A DNA stretch of 63,984 nt, counting the filler, from Reticulomyxa filosa (taxonomy: Eukaryota > Protista > Foraminifera), in NCBI GenBank assembly GCA_000512085.1. It is 20 parts of 20 records of this genome, joined end to end, with 100 filler letters (N's around TTAATTAATTAA, not from the genome) between each part and the next. Parts side by side here need not be neighbours in the genome. Positions count along the whole stretch, not along the records: positions 13,252 to 23,551 come from ASPP01028645.1; positions 23,652 to 25,176 come from ASPP01036438.1; positions 25,277 to 26,572 come from ASPP01002305.1; positions 26,673 to 27,923 come from ASPP01037058.1; positions 28,024 to 31,448 come from ASPP01014910.1; positions 31,549 to 32,869 come from ASPP01014399.1; positions 32,970 to 34,089 come from ASPP01027126.1; positions 34,190 to 36,772 come from ASPP01020840.1; 12 more parts are not named here. The stretch is one strand, 5' to 3'. Positions within the stretch are counted from its first letter, which is position 1, and every line of letters begins with the position of its first letter. Positions 22,183 through 34,331 of the stretch are shown here, in pieces. The translations under genes and the position numbers were made by a program. The notes under the pieces were generated by a model that did not search any database, was not told where the DNA came from, and saw only the letters and a program-made list of their open reading frames with translations.

Positions 22183-23551
22183 CACTAGGTCAAAAGCGTT
22201 TCAATATTGTGTTATTTTTGATAATAATGAAATAAAAGCAAAAGATGAAACTTTTGGCTAATGAAATGTATATTTTTGTGAACTTCAGTTTATCTCTTTT
22301 TTAATTGTCTAATCAGAAACAATATCTTCTTATATTTTTCATTTTTATAATCATTTAAAACTCATTTGAACACCTTTGACCGAAAATACACTAAAAACCA
22401 TTTTCAAAAAAAATTTAAGTGCGACCATATTGTATAGCATTTAGCTTTTCAAACCTTGACACTGTCAACTATGCTACTAATTAATTTTTGACAGAATTCT
22501 GCTGTAATTTTTTCATTTTTCTCGAACAATTTTCCATATGTTTTCAACAGAAGTTGTCAACTTTAAATGATTTTTGATTCGCATATCAAGTTCATTCAAC
22601 AAATTCTACATTGGATTCATATCAGTATATTGTGCAAGCAACTAAAAAATATGAATTTCATTTTCTTTTGTCCATTCTTTAGTTGAATTAGATTTATGTT
22701 TTGGATCGTTGTCATGTTGAAAGATTAAATCAGACTTTGATATGTATAACAATTCAAAGTTTGCATCAATTCGTCGACTAGGATATTTTGGTATAATGAA
22801 AAATTCAAATACCTTCTATTTTGCACAGAAAATCAACTCCTTGCTATGACATACAGCTCCAAACCATGATAGATCCACAACTATGCTTTGTTGTAGGTTG
22901 CACATTTTTGTATTTAAGTGCCTACCTGATTCTTTTACAACAGTACTTACGATTGCGTGTACTAAAAACATTGAATTTAGTATAATCAGACCACAATACT
23001 TTCTTTGTTTTTCAATATACATTTTAATAATTAGCGATTTAGAACCCTTTTACATATTGAAACAGATACTCTGATAAATGTATTGTCTTCTTGCAATAAT
23101 ATCGACTTAATCCAACGCACCAATTTACTTCATTTCTTACATCGACTTTCGGTGGAAGTCCATTTTTTGTTTTTGGAAAATTTTCATTGCATCGAATATA
23201 AAGTCTTTGTTTAATTCGGCTTATGGTGACAATGCTTATATCTACCTCTCGCTTGATTTGTCTATAAGAGAACCATTGCTTTAATAAAAGTTGCACTATC
23301 TTTACACTTTCTATGCTAATTCATTTTATTACAGCAGCAATAAAGATTTTTCAAAAAAAAATTAAACTTTTTTCTTCACAACAACTCACAGAAAATTTAC
23401 ATTAAGAAATTTTTTTTTTCAAAAAGTTTTTAAAAAGTACTCACAACGGTTAAAAGTGTTCAAATAAGTTTTGAATGATTATAAAAATGAAAAAATATAA
23501 GAATGATATTGTTTCTGATTAGACAATTGAAAAAGAGATAAACTGAGGTTC
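22183..23551 (-). mobile_element. Tc1/mariner DNA transposon with decayed transposase
   Basis: Inverted repeats 22280-22382 / 23447-23551; probable left end TA|CACTAGGTCAAAAG; minus-strand HTH (SYRQIKREVDISIVTISRI), GSIMVWSC, FQHDNDPKH, TDMNPM* with stops and frameshifts. Confidence 0.9.
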
Positions 23552-23880
23552 NNNNNNNNNNNNNNNNNNNNNNNNNNNNNNNNNNNNNNNNNNNNTTAAT
23601 TAATTAANNNNNNNNNNNNNNNNNNNNNNNNNNNNNNNNNNNNNNNNNNNNAATCGAACTCTTCTTATGATGTCTAAAATGAAAAATAATTGGATCCCAA
23701 CTTTTGTATGTTTATTTCCGTATTTTATTAATGTGGAATCACTTAAAAAAAATTGAAATTGCACGAACGAAATATTTTCCTTATAGAAATATGTCAAAAA
23801 TGACAGAAAAAAATGGAAATCAAAAATGATAAAAACATTATAATTGATCATAAATACAAAAAAAAGAGTTAGAAGATAGG

Positions 23881-24046
23881 GGAGAGAAACTTCTATCAGT
23901 TTTTAGGCCGAAAGAAATTATCTCTCTTAATAAATTGCTTTTTTTACAAAAAGACTTAGATCGCATTCGAGGAGGCCAATCCACGGTAACCTTTAGTAAA
24001 AGGCGAAAGATTAGTTCGATATGAATTAACCTCTGCAATCAAGACT
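23881..24046 (-). ncRNA. U5: U5 spliceosomal snRNA
   Basis: Minus strand AATCTTTC-GCCTTTTAC-TAAAGGTT-ACCG-TGGA contains the invariant loop I (23996-24004) and the CCG internal loop; long stem I; Sm-like AATTTATTAAG; 3' hairpin. Confidence 0.93.
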
Positions 24047-24306
24047 GAAGAAAAATGGAAATAAATAAATGAAGGGAAAAAAATAATCCCTGAATATAAT
24101 GCACTGTTTTTCTGTTCCACTTATATTCTGCACTTCTGGCACAATTCTTGTGATTATTGCTGATTTAAAAAACATTTTAAAAATTTTGTGCACACAAACA
24201 CAAAATTAAACTGACAAAATACATCCAACTGTTACAAATTTAGTTTATGGATTTGGTGCCGTTGTTTCTAAAACTAAAAAAGGGTATTATTTTTTAAAAA
24301 AATATA

Positions 24307-25165
24307 ATGTCCCAACCGAAATATATGGAAACACTCAAAAACACAGTGAAGGGATATCTTCCCGTGTTAACTCATGATCCAGAAGAAGATGAATTGGGAG
24401 CTTTGGAATTGGGGACAGTAAACACACAACTGCAAGAACCTTCGATGTTAACCGGATGCTTTGACTTAACCTATAAACAGAAGATAGCTGGTTTTGCAAT
24501 GTCAGCTGGGGCAGGTGTCATGTTTTTAGGTCTGGTAGGTTGCCAACTTTTTTATTGCTTTTGTTCGTCTCTCGCATATTGTTAGCATTGGAACATCGAC
24601 GTTTGTGTTGTGCAACGTTTGCAAATTATGTCTAGAGTTTGTTTTTTTCGACGGGGATTTTGATGGGCACAATGACTAAATTTGCGACATGTTACCTCTT
24701 GGGCAACCTTTTCCTTCTGGCGAGGTGTGTGTTAACCCGATTGGCGTACATGCAAACATGTGCATATTATTTGTTGCATATATGTATATATCTGTATTTA
24801 CATGTATATGTACATATATGATATAGCACCACCTTTTTGGTAGGAATTACCGATCAATTTAAACATATGTTTGAGAGGAAAAGATTACATTTAACGCTGA
24901 TATACCTTGGAACGTTAATAATTGCAATCATTTTGACTGTCAAAGTTTTGATTTGTTAATTTGTTTTGCACTTGTCTTATTTCATTTTATGGAAGAGGGA
25001 TAATTTGTGTTACAGCAACAATCGGCGTTTGTCTTGCTACCAGTTATTATTATTCAGTTCGTTGTCATGGCTTTGTACATTGTCAGTTATTTACCTGGAG
25101 GAGTTAGTGTTATCAATTATTGTGGATCATCTGCTGGCAGGTTGCTTTGGAGATTTGGATCGTAA
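24307..25165 (+). CDS. SFT2: SFT2/Got1-family four-TM vesicle transport protein (4 exons)
   Basis: LTYKQKIAGF, KFATCYLLGNLF, FLVG..QFKHMFERKRL, IIQF..YIVSYLPGG after splicing. Confidence 0.88.
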
Positions 25166-25299
25166 ACATTGTTTTTNNNNNNNNNNNNNNNNNNNNNNNN
25201 NNNNNNNNNNNNNNNNNNNNTTAATTAATTAANNNNNNNNNNNNNNNNNNNNNNNNNNNNNNNNNNNNNNNNNNNNTGTGTTATTTGACAAATGGGATT

Positions 25300-26520
25300 C
25301 TGACTATAAAGTGCCAATTATGTATGTCAAAAATCCTAAGATCATTTAATGATATAATGTTCCAGAGATATTTGATTAAATGTTTGCAAATAATGCTCGC
25401 AGGAAAGCACTGTAATTGCAACCAGATTTGATTCCACAACATAGGTCAGTAGCATTCCTGCTACCTACCTCAAGGTGATGCCTCAATTACAATCATTTTT
25501 CAACAACTTTTCTAAATTTTTGTTTATTGTTTTTACAAACTACTTATAAAAGTGTAAACGTTTATCCAGTAAACCAGAAAAAATCCTCACAATTTGCTAC
25601 TAAAATTTTCGTTATAAACACAAAAAGTTCATATTTTAGGGGTGGCTAATTTTTTTTTGCAGCAACTGTACTTCTTAGAATGAGGTGCTTTTTAACTAGA
25701 AAGACCTGAGTTTGTGTATGTAGAGATTGCAAAAAGTATTGCAAGCTGAGGGTAAAGCGATAGAGTAGTCTAATACTTGACACGCCCCCACTGCAGCCCA
25801 TCTATAAAAAAAAATTCAATCATGTAATGATCCGATATATTTGTATTCATGCACCTCCTATCGATGCAAAACAATCTTTTCAAATGATTGCGTAAGTATT
25901 GTTTGTGATATTTGTGTTATTCATTTCATTTCCTTCATTTGCCCAATGTTGATTCCATTTTTCAGTGAAAAATGGAATCAATACAGGAAAATTCAGTAAT
26001 TGAGCTGTCCGGCCTGGTCTTCTAAACAAATCATGTTTGTCAAATTCTGCGTCTTTCTTCGCCAATGCTTCTGCTCGTTCGTTTCCAGGTATTCCAGAAT
26101 GCCCTTTGATTCAATAAATCTCAGTAACGTCATTTTCTAGTTCTTTCATTGACATGGTGTCTTTACTTTTGCGAAATTTCTTGACTAAACTCGTTTCAAA
26201 ATCTCTAATCTCGCTTTTCCAAAACTCTTTCAAAAACACTAAGGTGTCGAAGTATCTTGCAACTTTAAACGTTTTCGCCTTCAAAATACAACTTTTTGAT
26301 AAAAATTAATATCGATGATGAAGTAGTTGAAATGAATTTATTTTTGTTAATAAGCATCGGGGTTTGCTTCAATCTATGATCAAATGTTTTTCTTAATGCC
26401 ATTTATTAAATATTGCAATTTGCATCAGTTGAACACTTAGAGTTATACTTGGATCTATTTCAACTGTCGTTACTCCAGCATCGGCTTCATTGATACATCA
26501 ACGATACAATACCGACATAA
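25300..26520 (-). mobile_element. Decayed non-LTR retrotransposon, RNase H region and 3' part
   Basis: Y*IKGHSGIPGNERAEALAK at about 26060-26120 matches the LINE RNase H motif WVxGHxGIxGNExADxLAK; many stops. Confidence 0.75.
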
Positions 26521-26672
26521 TTCAAATAAATCTTTGGTCTTAATTCATTTTAAAAAAAAAAAAAAAAAAAAANNNNNNNNNNNNNNNNNNNNNNNNNNNN
26601 NNNNNNNNNNNNNNNNTTAATTAATTAANNNNNNNNNNNNNNNNNNNNNNNNNNNNNNNNNNNNNNNNNNNN

Positions 26673-27300
26673 GTATTGAATTTTCACCATTTAATAGTAG
26701 TCGATATTTGTGTTCTAGATCATGTGATAAAAAAAATTTGCCTATATGATGTTGAAACATTCAAAATACTACATGTTTTCAATGGACATGACGATATTGT
26801 TCGATGTATGTATATTTCACATTACAAAGAATAACAATGATAATAAAAATATTAATATTAGTATGATTAATTGTAATATTTATACAATTTGTATGTCCAT
26901 TAAATACAATTAATTGTTTAGTTATTCAAATACCTAATATTCAAAGAATTATCATATGATCCAGAACAAACTAGATTGCAAGTGTAAAATACAGAAATAA
27001 GTTAGTGATTAATTGTAGTGCAAATATGTTATTATCTGGATCAGGATATAGAAACACTAGTTTTTGGACATTCCAACAAATTCAAATATTTAAGTGATAT
27101 ATATGCAATGTAAGTATTGTTAAATATACAATATTTGTATTAAATAATACTTAAGTTACTGGTATCCAAATGTGAACACTCTTATCAGAAGACAATACAA
27201 CTCGGTTTTGTGACATTCGGTCAAATAAGAATGAAAGATATTTGATCAAATGAGATAAATATGAAGACATTATGTACAAAATTTTTACAATTAAAAAAGA
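26673..27300 (+). pseudogene. WD40 family pseudogene
   Basis: IEFSPFNSSRYLCSRSCDKK..YDVET..HVFNGHDDIVRC, paralogous to 59857-60678, with many disruptions. Confidence 0.8.
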
Positions 27301-28023
27301 AAAATATTGCGACAATGTTGATTATTTTTCGTCTAATAACTAACAAAGATTCCTTTAATTCATTTTTCAAGAAAAAATTTGCCATAAATGCAATGAACAA
27401 AATGAAGGCAAATAAGTGTTATGAAAATGGATTGTCGATTTATACTCAAAATAAGATAAAAATATCAAAAAAGGTCAAATCAAAATTCAAAAATTTGTAA
27501 TTATTATTGTCTTTTTTAGCGAGAAATAAGATATTATTTCAGTTAAAAAAAGAGCAAGTCTTCACAAAAGGAACAAATTAATCAAAAGAAAATAAACATA
27601 TTTTAAAATTTTCTCAAACTCACACAAAGATAATAACAAGTAATAAAATATTTTAAGTTTTTATTATTATTAAAATATCAAAAAAAAAAATCAAATCTAG
27701 TGTTGCAATGCTAGATCAATAACAATTTTTGCTTTTCGCTGTAGATAGTCAAGGGGGATTAAATATTCATAAACTGAACAACTTAATAATATTGCAATTG
27801 CTTTTAAAGTGTTGAATTATCATAAAATATTGATTTAATATCTGACATTTCTTATATATGATATTTTCAACTAGTACAAAAAATTTTTTTAGTAGTTTGT
27901 TTTCTTTGAATATTGTCTTTATANNNNNNNNNNNNNNNNNNNNNNNNNNNNNNNNNNNNNNNNNNNNTTAATTAATTAANNNNNNNNNNNNNNNNNNNNN
28001 NNNNNNNNNNNNNNNNNNNNNNN

Positions 28024-29321
28024 ATATATAGACGGACATTTGGAAGGAAGTAACAAAAGCAACAAGCAACAACACGGAAGACAAAAAAGTAGTGGAATTG
28101 TTACAAAACACACGATTCAAAGACTTTCGAGACTTAATTGTTGTTTGCACAGATTTATTGGTTTACTTCAAGGACGTTTCTTTTTCTCGCACTTTTTACC
28201 CCCTATTGCAGCACTACATCAAAGTTTTACTTGTCTTGATTTTCTTCTGTCACATAATGTTTATTGTGATCTCCTTCACTATACTTCCCCCCCCTTTTTT
28301 TTTTTTTTTAAAAAAAAATATTGTAAATCCACAGACAACTCTCGATGCTCTTTTGAAAACGACAACTTGGGGGGATGCTCCAACCGCAAATGCGCACTCG
28401 TTGCACCATTTGTATGTCCAATGTCTCCGCGATAATCCCACGCTGTGTGCTCAGGTGTGTCCATCTGTTCATCTTCATTCATTTATTTATTTATTTTATT
28501 TTATTTTTTTTACATCCAAAACAGTTCTTTTTGTTTAAAAAAGTTTTGCGAAGAAGGATTGGCTGAAACAAAGCGACATGATATTTTCCAACAAGCTTTC
28601 GCAAGGTACTTTTTTATTTGTGTTTTCAAAACAAACATACACATATATATATATGTATATGTATATATATATATGTGTATGTTAATGGACATTCCAAAAG
28701 ATTCCTCGAAAATCCATATTTAATGGTCGACCTCGTCTCTGCATTGTGCAGTTCGAAAAGCTGTTGCGACAAATGCTTTGTCACTTTCAGTCAAATGAGA
28801 GTTTGTGTTTGTAGTGTTTGTGAGATGCTAGGTGCGAAATGGGAAACACAAGAATTGAGATATATGCATATGTGTGTGTATGTGTATGTGTATGTGTCTC
28901 TGACACAATAGAAACTGCCCATTCCAGTGAAGAAGCTGGCATGGACAAGCGAGCTGAAGCAAGGAGAAGAGTACGACTTGAAGGTGGAAATAATAGTGGA
29001 AGAGGTGCTGCTGATCCCAGAATACTCCAGCTTTGTCATCGGCGGATGCAATGAAATGCCGGTGGCAGCCAATGATCAGTCGCACACGCAAAGGCCGATC
29101 ATTGCGTGGTTCGATGTGAAATGGAACGGCTGGGTATGGCTCGTCGGAGTCTTGCATTGCATCGTCAACGACGCAAATGGCACCTTGCGAAGCAATCCAT
29201 CCCTGCATTTCATGTGTCCTTCTTCCAATTTCGATCAAGGTTCCTCATTCGTGTCTTTGCTCCAATTGCTTGTCCTTTGTCTAAGGTCTTTTATCTCAAA
29301 AAAAAAAAAAAAAAAAAGGAT

Positions 29322-29364
<43 letters not shown>

Positions 29365-30539
29365 ATATGTTATGTATTTATTTGTGTGAAATAAGGAACG
29401 GGACAAATACGTATTACGAGATTGCAGAATCCATCGATGACGTGATGGCATTCGAGCATATGAAGGACGTGCACTCCAGAAAGAGATGGACGAAAACACA
29501 CGTGCCATTTCGTACGTCGTTGCCGCAACTCGCGTTCCAAATTTTGAAGTACACCTGGACCAGCAATTTGTCCTGGCTCGTTCCGCAACGCTCAACACAC
29601 GCTCCTGTCGTCCCTTTGGAGACGAAAAAGTTGAGTTGTTACATGTTGCAAATTGACTTGTTTGAATTTTCATCTCTTTATTTTTTTATTTCTTTTATTT
29701 CTTTATTTGTTTGTTTGTTTGTGGTTTATTATTCAAATTGGACCAGACAAGCGCTGAAGCAACTAATGTTAGCACTGGACTTGGTGGAACTGGTAGCCAA
29801 GCACGACCCTCTGAACTTTTGCGTAAAGTTGCACGAATTGGAATCGGACTCTTCGCTGCTGGGAACAGGAGATCTTCGAGGCCATCCGTCGTCGTCCTCC
29901 TCCTCCTTTTCGCTTGTTCATGGCAACAACAAAAGAGCAAACGACTTGACGAAGAACTATTTGCTTCGCATGTTCGAACTCGTATTGACGCATTTGCAAC
30001 AAGCGCATCCGCGGGCAGAGGCGACGTATCCCCATTGGAGTGCCTTACCAATGCCAAATCTGTTTCGGTCCAATCCAGCACTCGACACGACGCTGCTGAT
30101 GGAGGCCTCGTCGTCGCCCGCGTCGCAATTGATACTACCGTCGCCGCAGCGAAACGGGTCTATGTCCTTACTGTCTCCAACTTCGCAACAACGACATCAA
30201 CATCAACAGCCACAAGGACAGCCACAACGACAGACACATGGACAAGCGTCAATGCAAATGCGATCACTGACCAAGTCAGCTGTCAATGACGGAGGAATAC
30301 ATGCGATGGCGGAAGAGAAACAATGGAGTGCTATTCAGGCCCAAGTCAAGTCGTTTCAGTATTTGTCGCAATCGTTTGAACACATTGTCCGCATCATCAC
30401 CACGCTATTCCAACATAGGGAACTCTGGCACAATGCCACTTGGAAAGTCGACTTGCGCGACTATTTGCTGTTTTTCCTGCGATCCCTGCCGTCCCTACGC
30501 GGATTGGAGACCTTTGTCACTGGCAATTTGACCATGTAC

Positions 30540-30570
<31 letters not shown>

Positions 30571-31400
30571 ATACATACATATACATATATATATACATTT
30601 ATGTTATATGTGTGTGCAAAATAAATAGAAAGACTAGTTTCACTTTGTACGAGTCGGTTGTTCAATGTCTGTCGTGCATTGCAGCATCACCTCATTCGTA
30701 TTTTTCAACTTGTTACAATGACGAAGGAGTGAAAGAGTAGTTATGTATTCACTTGTGTTTTATTTGCTACTTGATTACCTGACACTCTTGTGTCCATGCG
30801 TATGTGTGTGTGTGTGTGTGTGTGTGTATATACATATATATATATGTGGATGCACAGTTATTTCGATTTGCTGAAAGGGCAAATTGTAAGACATACCCGG
30901 AACATATTGGACGTGATTCTGGAGCCAATCGTGTACGTATCCGATGCGATGAAGGAACTGCGACTGCGAATGCAAAAGAAAGAGCTGGCAACATTTCGAC
31001 GCATTTTAAGCGTCTCATTGGATTGCGTGCGTTGGCTTGTGAAGCTGTTGGGAGTGGACGTGACGACTGCCGACGGCATGTCATTGGCGAATATCGTGTT
31101 CTCTCACTACGATCAGTTGTGGGACCAACACCCGTATTCGCAACGGAAAACGTTTGTGAAAAAGAATTTGGCAGAGCAATGCGCCAAAATTGCCGCCGAC
31201 CCCTTGATTTATACCCGAGCGCCGTTCCTGCATGCCATCGAAATTTTGACGTGGTCGTTCCATCTGGCTCATCGCAAGCACATTCAATCGACGTGGGTGC
31301 CGTTCTCAAAGTCAAGCATTGCCAGCTGTTGGTCAACAATGTCACGCGTTGGATTCAGGACCTTGACGTGAACACCCTTTCCAAGACCAAGGCCAAAATG
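28024..31400 (+). CDS. Internal part of a large multi-exon alpha-solenoid protein, Nup188-like
   Basis: About 8 exons with GT..AG introns; LLIPEYSSFVIG..IIAWFDVKWNGWVWLVGVL recalls the Nup188 SH3-like insert (IP..T.G..W..Y..W); family call is tentative. Confidence 0.45.
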
Positions 31401-31548
31401 GTTTGTTTGTTTTTTTTTTTTTTTTTTTTTTTTTATTTTTTTTTTTTTNNNNNNNNNNNNNNNNNNNNNNNNNNNNNNNNNNNNNNNNNNNNTTAATTAA
31501 TTAANNNNNNNNNNNNNNNNNNNNNNNNNNNNNNNNNNNNNNNNNNNN

Positions 31549-31910
31549 AGTGATCGGCCCAGCGTAAGCGGGAGAGCGCTGCCGAGATTTTGATTGATGA
31601 GAACGAACGCATGAAGATTACCTCGGGAGCCATCGCGGAAGTTCCCTCAAAAGTGGTGCCAAAGATTGATCGCTCCTCGGGATCACTTGAGAATGTCGAG
31701 ATTGAGCTACGCGCTTCCGATATCGATAATTCCGAATCAGGCTGGGCGGCAGTTGTACCCAGTGTATCTTCAAAGCGTGTTCGATTGGAGATCGCTCCAG
31801 GAATTAACCCGGTCGACGTATTTGGCCAAAAATCTCTAGTCGGGGATATCGAGATGGACTTCGTCCAATCATCCACTGGGAAACTGACACTACGAGCGTA
31901 TCGAACCTAA
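31549..31910 (+). CDS. Bacterial hypothetical protein, C-terminal part
   Basis: ELRASDIDNSESGWAAVVPSVSSKRVRL; intron-free and followed by a terminator. Confidence 0.6.
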
Positions 31911-31937
31911 TCCGAATTCGAAAATAGAGTGACACAC

Positions 31938-31967
31938 AAAGCCGCCCTCACCCAGGGCGGACTTTTT
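31938..31967 (+). terminator. Rho-independent terminator
   Basis: AAAG-CCGCCCT-CACCC-AGGGCGG-ACTTTTT immediately after the stop codon. Confidence 0.8.
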
Positions 31968-32140
31968 GTGCCCGGTTGCAAAATAGCTGCAGCCCAGAGA
32001 GCGCAGCGAGTGTAGGGGTAACGCCCTGGTAAAAATCTCCGGTAGTATGAGCGCATCAAATCCATGCGCTCCCTCGGAGAAAACTTGATGCCAAAAAATC
32101 GCCCCGCGGTCAACGCGGTGCGTGTGGCTGGAGGTGTCCG

Positions 32141-32690
32141 GTGAGCGACAAGAATTTTCTGTCGATCGCCGGAGAGCCGAAAGTGGGCTACCGTGCTTTG
32201 GGCGATCTCGAGAGCCCCGATTTGAGCTACTCCGACACGCTCAAGTTTCAGACGCGCACGAAGGCTTCGTCACGCTGGGCAAGCTAGTGGGGGGCGCGGA
32301 GGACTGCGTCGACATCAACAATCGCTGCCAGAATCTCACGATTGTGGCGGAAGCGTTTTCCCCGAGAGGGAAGTTCGTCGCGACGATTAAGGGGGCTCGC
32401 GCAATATCCTTCTCAATGGCTGGTTGGTCGGGCATGGCGCCGAGGTCGACATCGATCTCGGCAATATCTCCGATCAGTCGTCCGAGGTAACCAAGGACGT
32501 GTCGTTGTGCCTGGTTACCCGCGATGGCTCGCCGATCAAGGTGCGGGTGTGGAATGCGGAGACACCAACGCTCTACAATCAAGATTCGCAGCGCTACGAA
32601 TTCGTTTTCCCGAGCCAGCTGCCGCTCTGGGCCCGCCGGGCTCTCTACTTCGCCTATACGGCCCTCAAGAAAGTGAAGGTGGTGAAGTGA
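32141..32690 (+). CDS. Bacterial or phage small beta-helix-like hypothetical protein (two apparent frameshifts)
   Basis: GGAGGT RBS at 32130-32135, GTG start; MSDKNFLSIAGE.. / GAEDCVDINNRCQNLTI..TIKG / SRNILLNGWLVGHGAEVDIDLGN stitched across three frames. Confidence 0.55.
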
Positions 32691-32869
32691 AGGTGAAGAT
32701 GCCTCTGCATCACATCGCAGGCTTCGGCGTCGCCGAACGCCGGGGCGATGTGGTCATCGTGCCCGTGATGCTCTCGTCCGGCGATCATGTCGCGCTGGCC
32801 GCCACTCCTGCGGTGTGGGCCAGCCTGCGCATCGCAACTTACGACGCCTCCATCCCTGTCCTCGGCCGC
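32687..32869 (+). CDS. Bacterial or phage hypothetical protein, 5' part
   Basis: GTGA overlap with the upstream stop; MKVKMPLHHIAGFGVAERRGDVVIVPV. Confidence 0.5.
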
Positions 32870-32969
32870 NNNNNNNNNNNNNNNNNNNNNNNNNNNNNNN
32901 NNNNNNNNNNNNNTTAATTAATTAANNNNNNNNNNNNNNNNNNNNNNNNNNNNNNNNNNNNNNNNNNNN

Positions 32970-33142
32970 TTGATTTCATCCAACAAAAAAAAAAGTTATT
33001 AAAAAATCAATATCATATTTAAAAACTACAAGACTTGTAGATATTTTTAAAAAAAAATTAGGTCTAAATGTCGATTTTTCATTGAGAAAATCAATCATCA
33101 TAAGATATGTTTTAGGCGTTCAGTTTTCTTTGCAACCTACTG
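32970..33142 (-). mobile_element. Tc1/mariner-like terminal repeat (left copy)
   Basis: Reverse complement of 33886-34067; ends ..TTGCAACCTACTG|TA. Confidence 0.8.
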
Positions 33143-33144
33143 TA

Positions 33145-33883
33145 CTAGCAATTATTTCAATTTCTTTTTGTTTTGATGCTTAGATATTTTTAGAATTTTT
33201 CGATGTATTGACTATTCGCTGCTATTCCTTTTGCCGATATTAACTGTCCCAAAAATATTTTCTCTTTCTGCATGAATTCACATTTTTCCAATGCTAATTT
33301 CATGCTGTTGTCTGTAAAACGATGTAATAATATAATTAAATTTGTATATGTTGTTGATATGTTTTCGTTGAAGATATTTACATTGACGATTTATTGATTA
33401 TATATCATAAATCTCAAAATATTGATACCATAATACGTTGTAATGTTGCAGATGCGTTTGATAAATCAAATCCCATAGATTTCATTCTTATGACCCGTTT
33501 AGAGTGATAAATACTGTTTTATGTCGGTCTATCTCGCATATTGGGCCACGTAGATATACTGACTTGATATCTAAATTGGAAAATATTTTTGACAATTTTT
33601 TCATTAAATCATTTATATTTAGTAGCGGCCACTCGTCACGTATGGTCGTTTGGTCCAATTTTCGATATCTATGCGCATGCGTAATTTACCTCCTTTTTTC
33701 TTAACTAACACTACTGGAGCCGCAAATTGAGAAAGCTGTTGCTTATTTTCCTGCTAGCTCTAATTTTTTTACCTGCTTCTTCACTTCATCTTAATGTTCG
33801 TAGTTTCGAGTGTATGGTTTATTTTTTATTGGTGAAGTGCCAAGTTTCAACTCGATTTTCATTTCTGCATCTCTAAGTTTTAC
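33145..33883 (-). pseudogene. Ty3/Gypsy reverse transcriptase relic
   Basis: SQFAAPVV.VKKKGGKLRMRID, FSNLDIKS..DRHKTVFIT, MGFDLSNASATLQRIM, KLALEKCEF..IFLGQLISAKGI, with stops and frameshifts. Confidence 0.88.
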
Positions 33884-33885
33884 TA

Positions 33886-34067
33886 CAGTAGGTTGCAAAG
33901 AAAACTGAACGCCTAAAACGATATCCTATGATGATAATTGATTTTCTCCATGAAAAATCAACATTTAGACTTAATTTTTTTTATTTTAAAAAAAATATCT
34001 ACAAATCTTGTAGTTTTTAAATATGAAATTGGTTTTTTAATAACATTTTTTTTGTTGGATGAAATCA
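33886..34067 (+). mobile_element. Tc1/mariner-like terminal repeat (right copy)
   Basis: TA|CAGTAGGTTGCAAAGAAAACTGAACG; about 180 bp inverted match to 32970-33142. Confidence 0.8.
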
Positions 34068-34331
34068 CAATTCTTTCAAATAATTTTATNNNNNNNNNNN
34101 NNNNNNNNNNNNNNNNNNNNNNNNNNNNNNNNNTTAATTAATTAANNNNNNNNNNNNNNNNNNNNNNNNNNNNNNNNNNNNNNNNNNNNTTCTTTTTCAA
34201 ATTAACGTATACGTATTTGTAAATGAGACTTTTTTTTTTTTTTTTTTTTTTAAAAATTAGATGTATATACACATATGTACATATACGTACATATATATAT
34301 ATATATATACATATATGTTTATGCAAAATAG

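Noticed and set aside
23838-24038. 66-aa minus-strand ORF
   Set aside because: Overlaps the U5 snRNA; spurious
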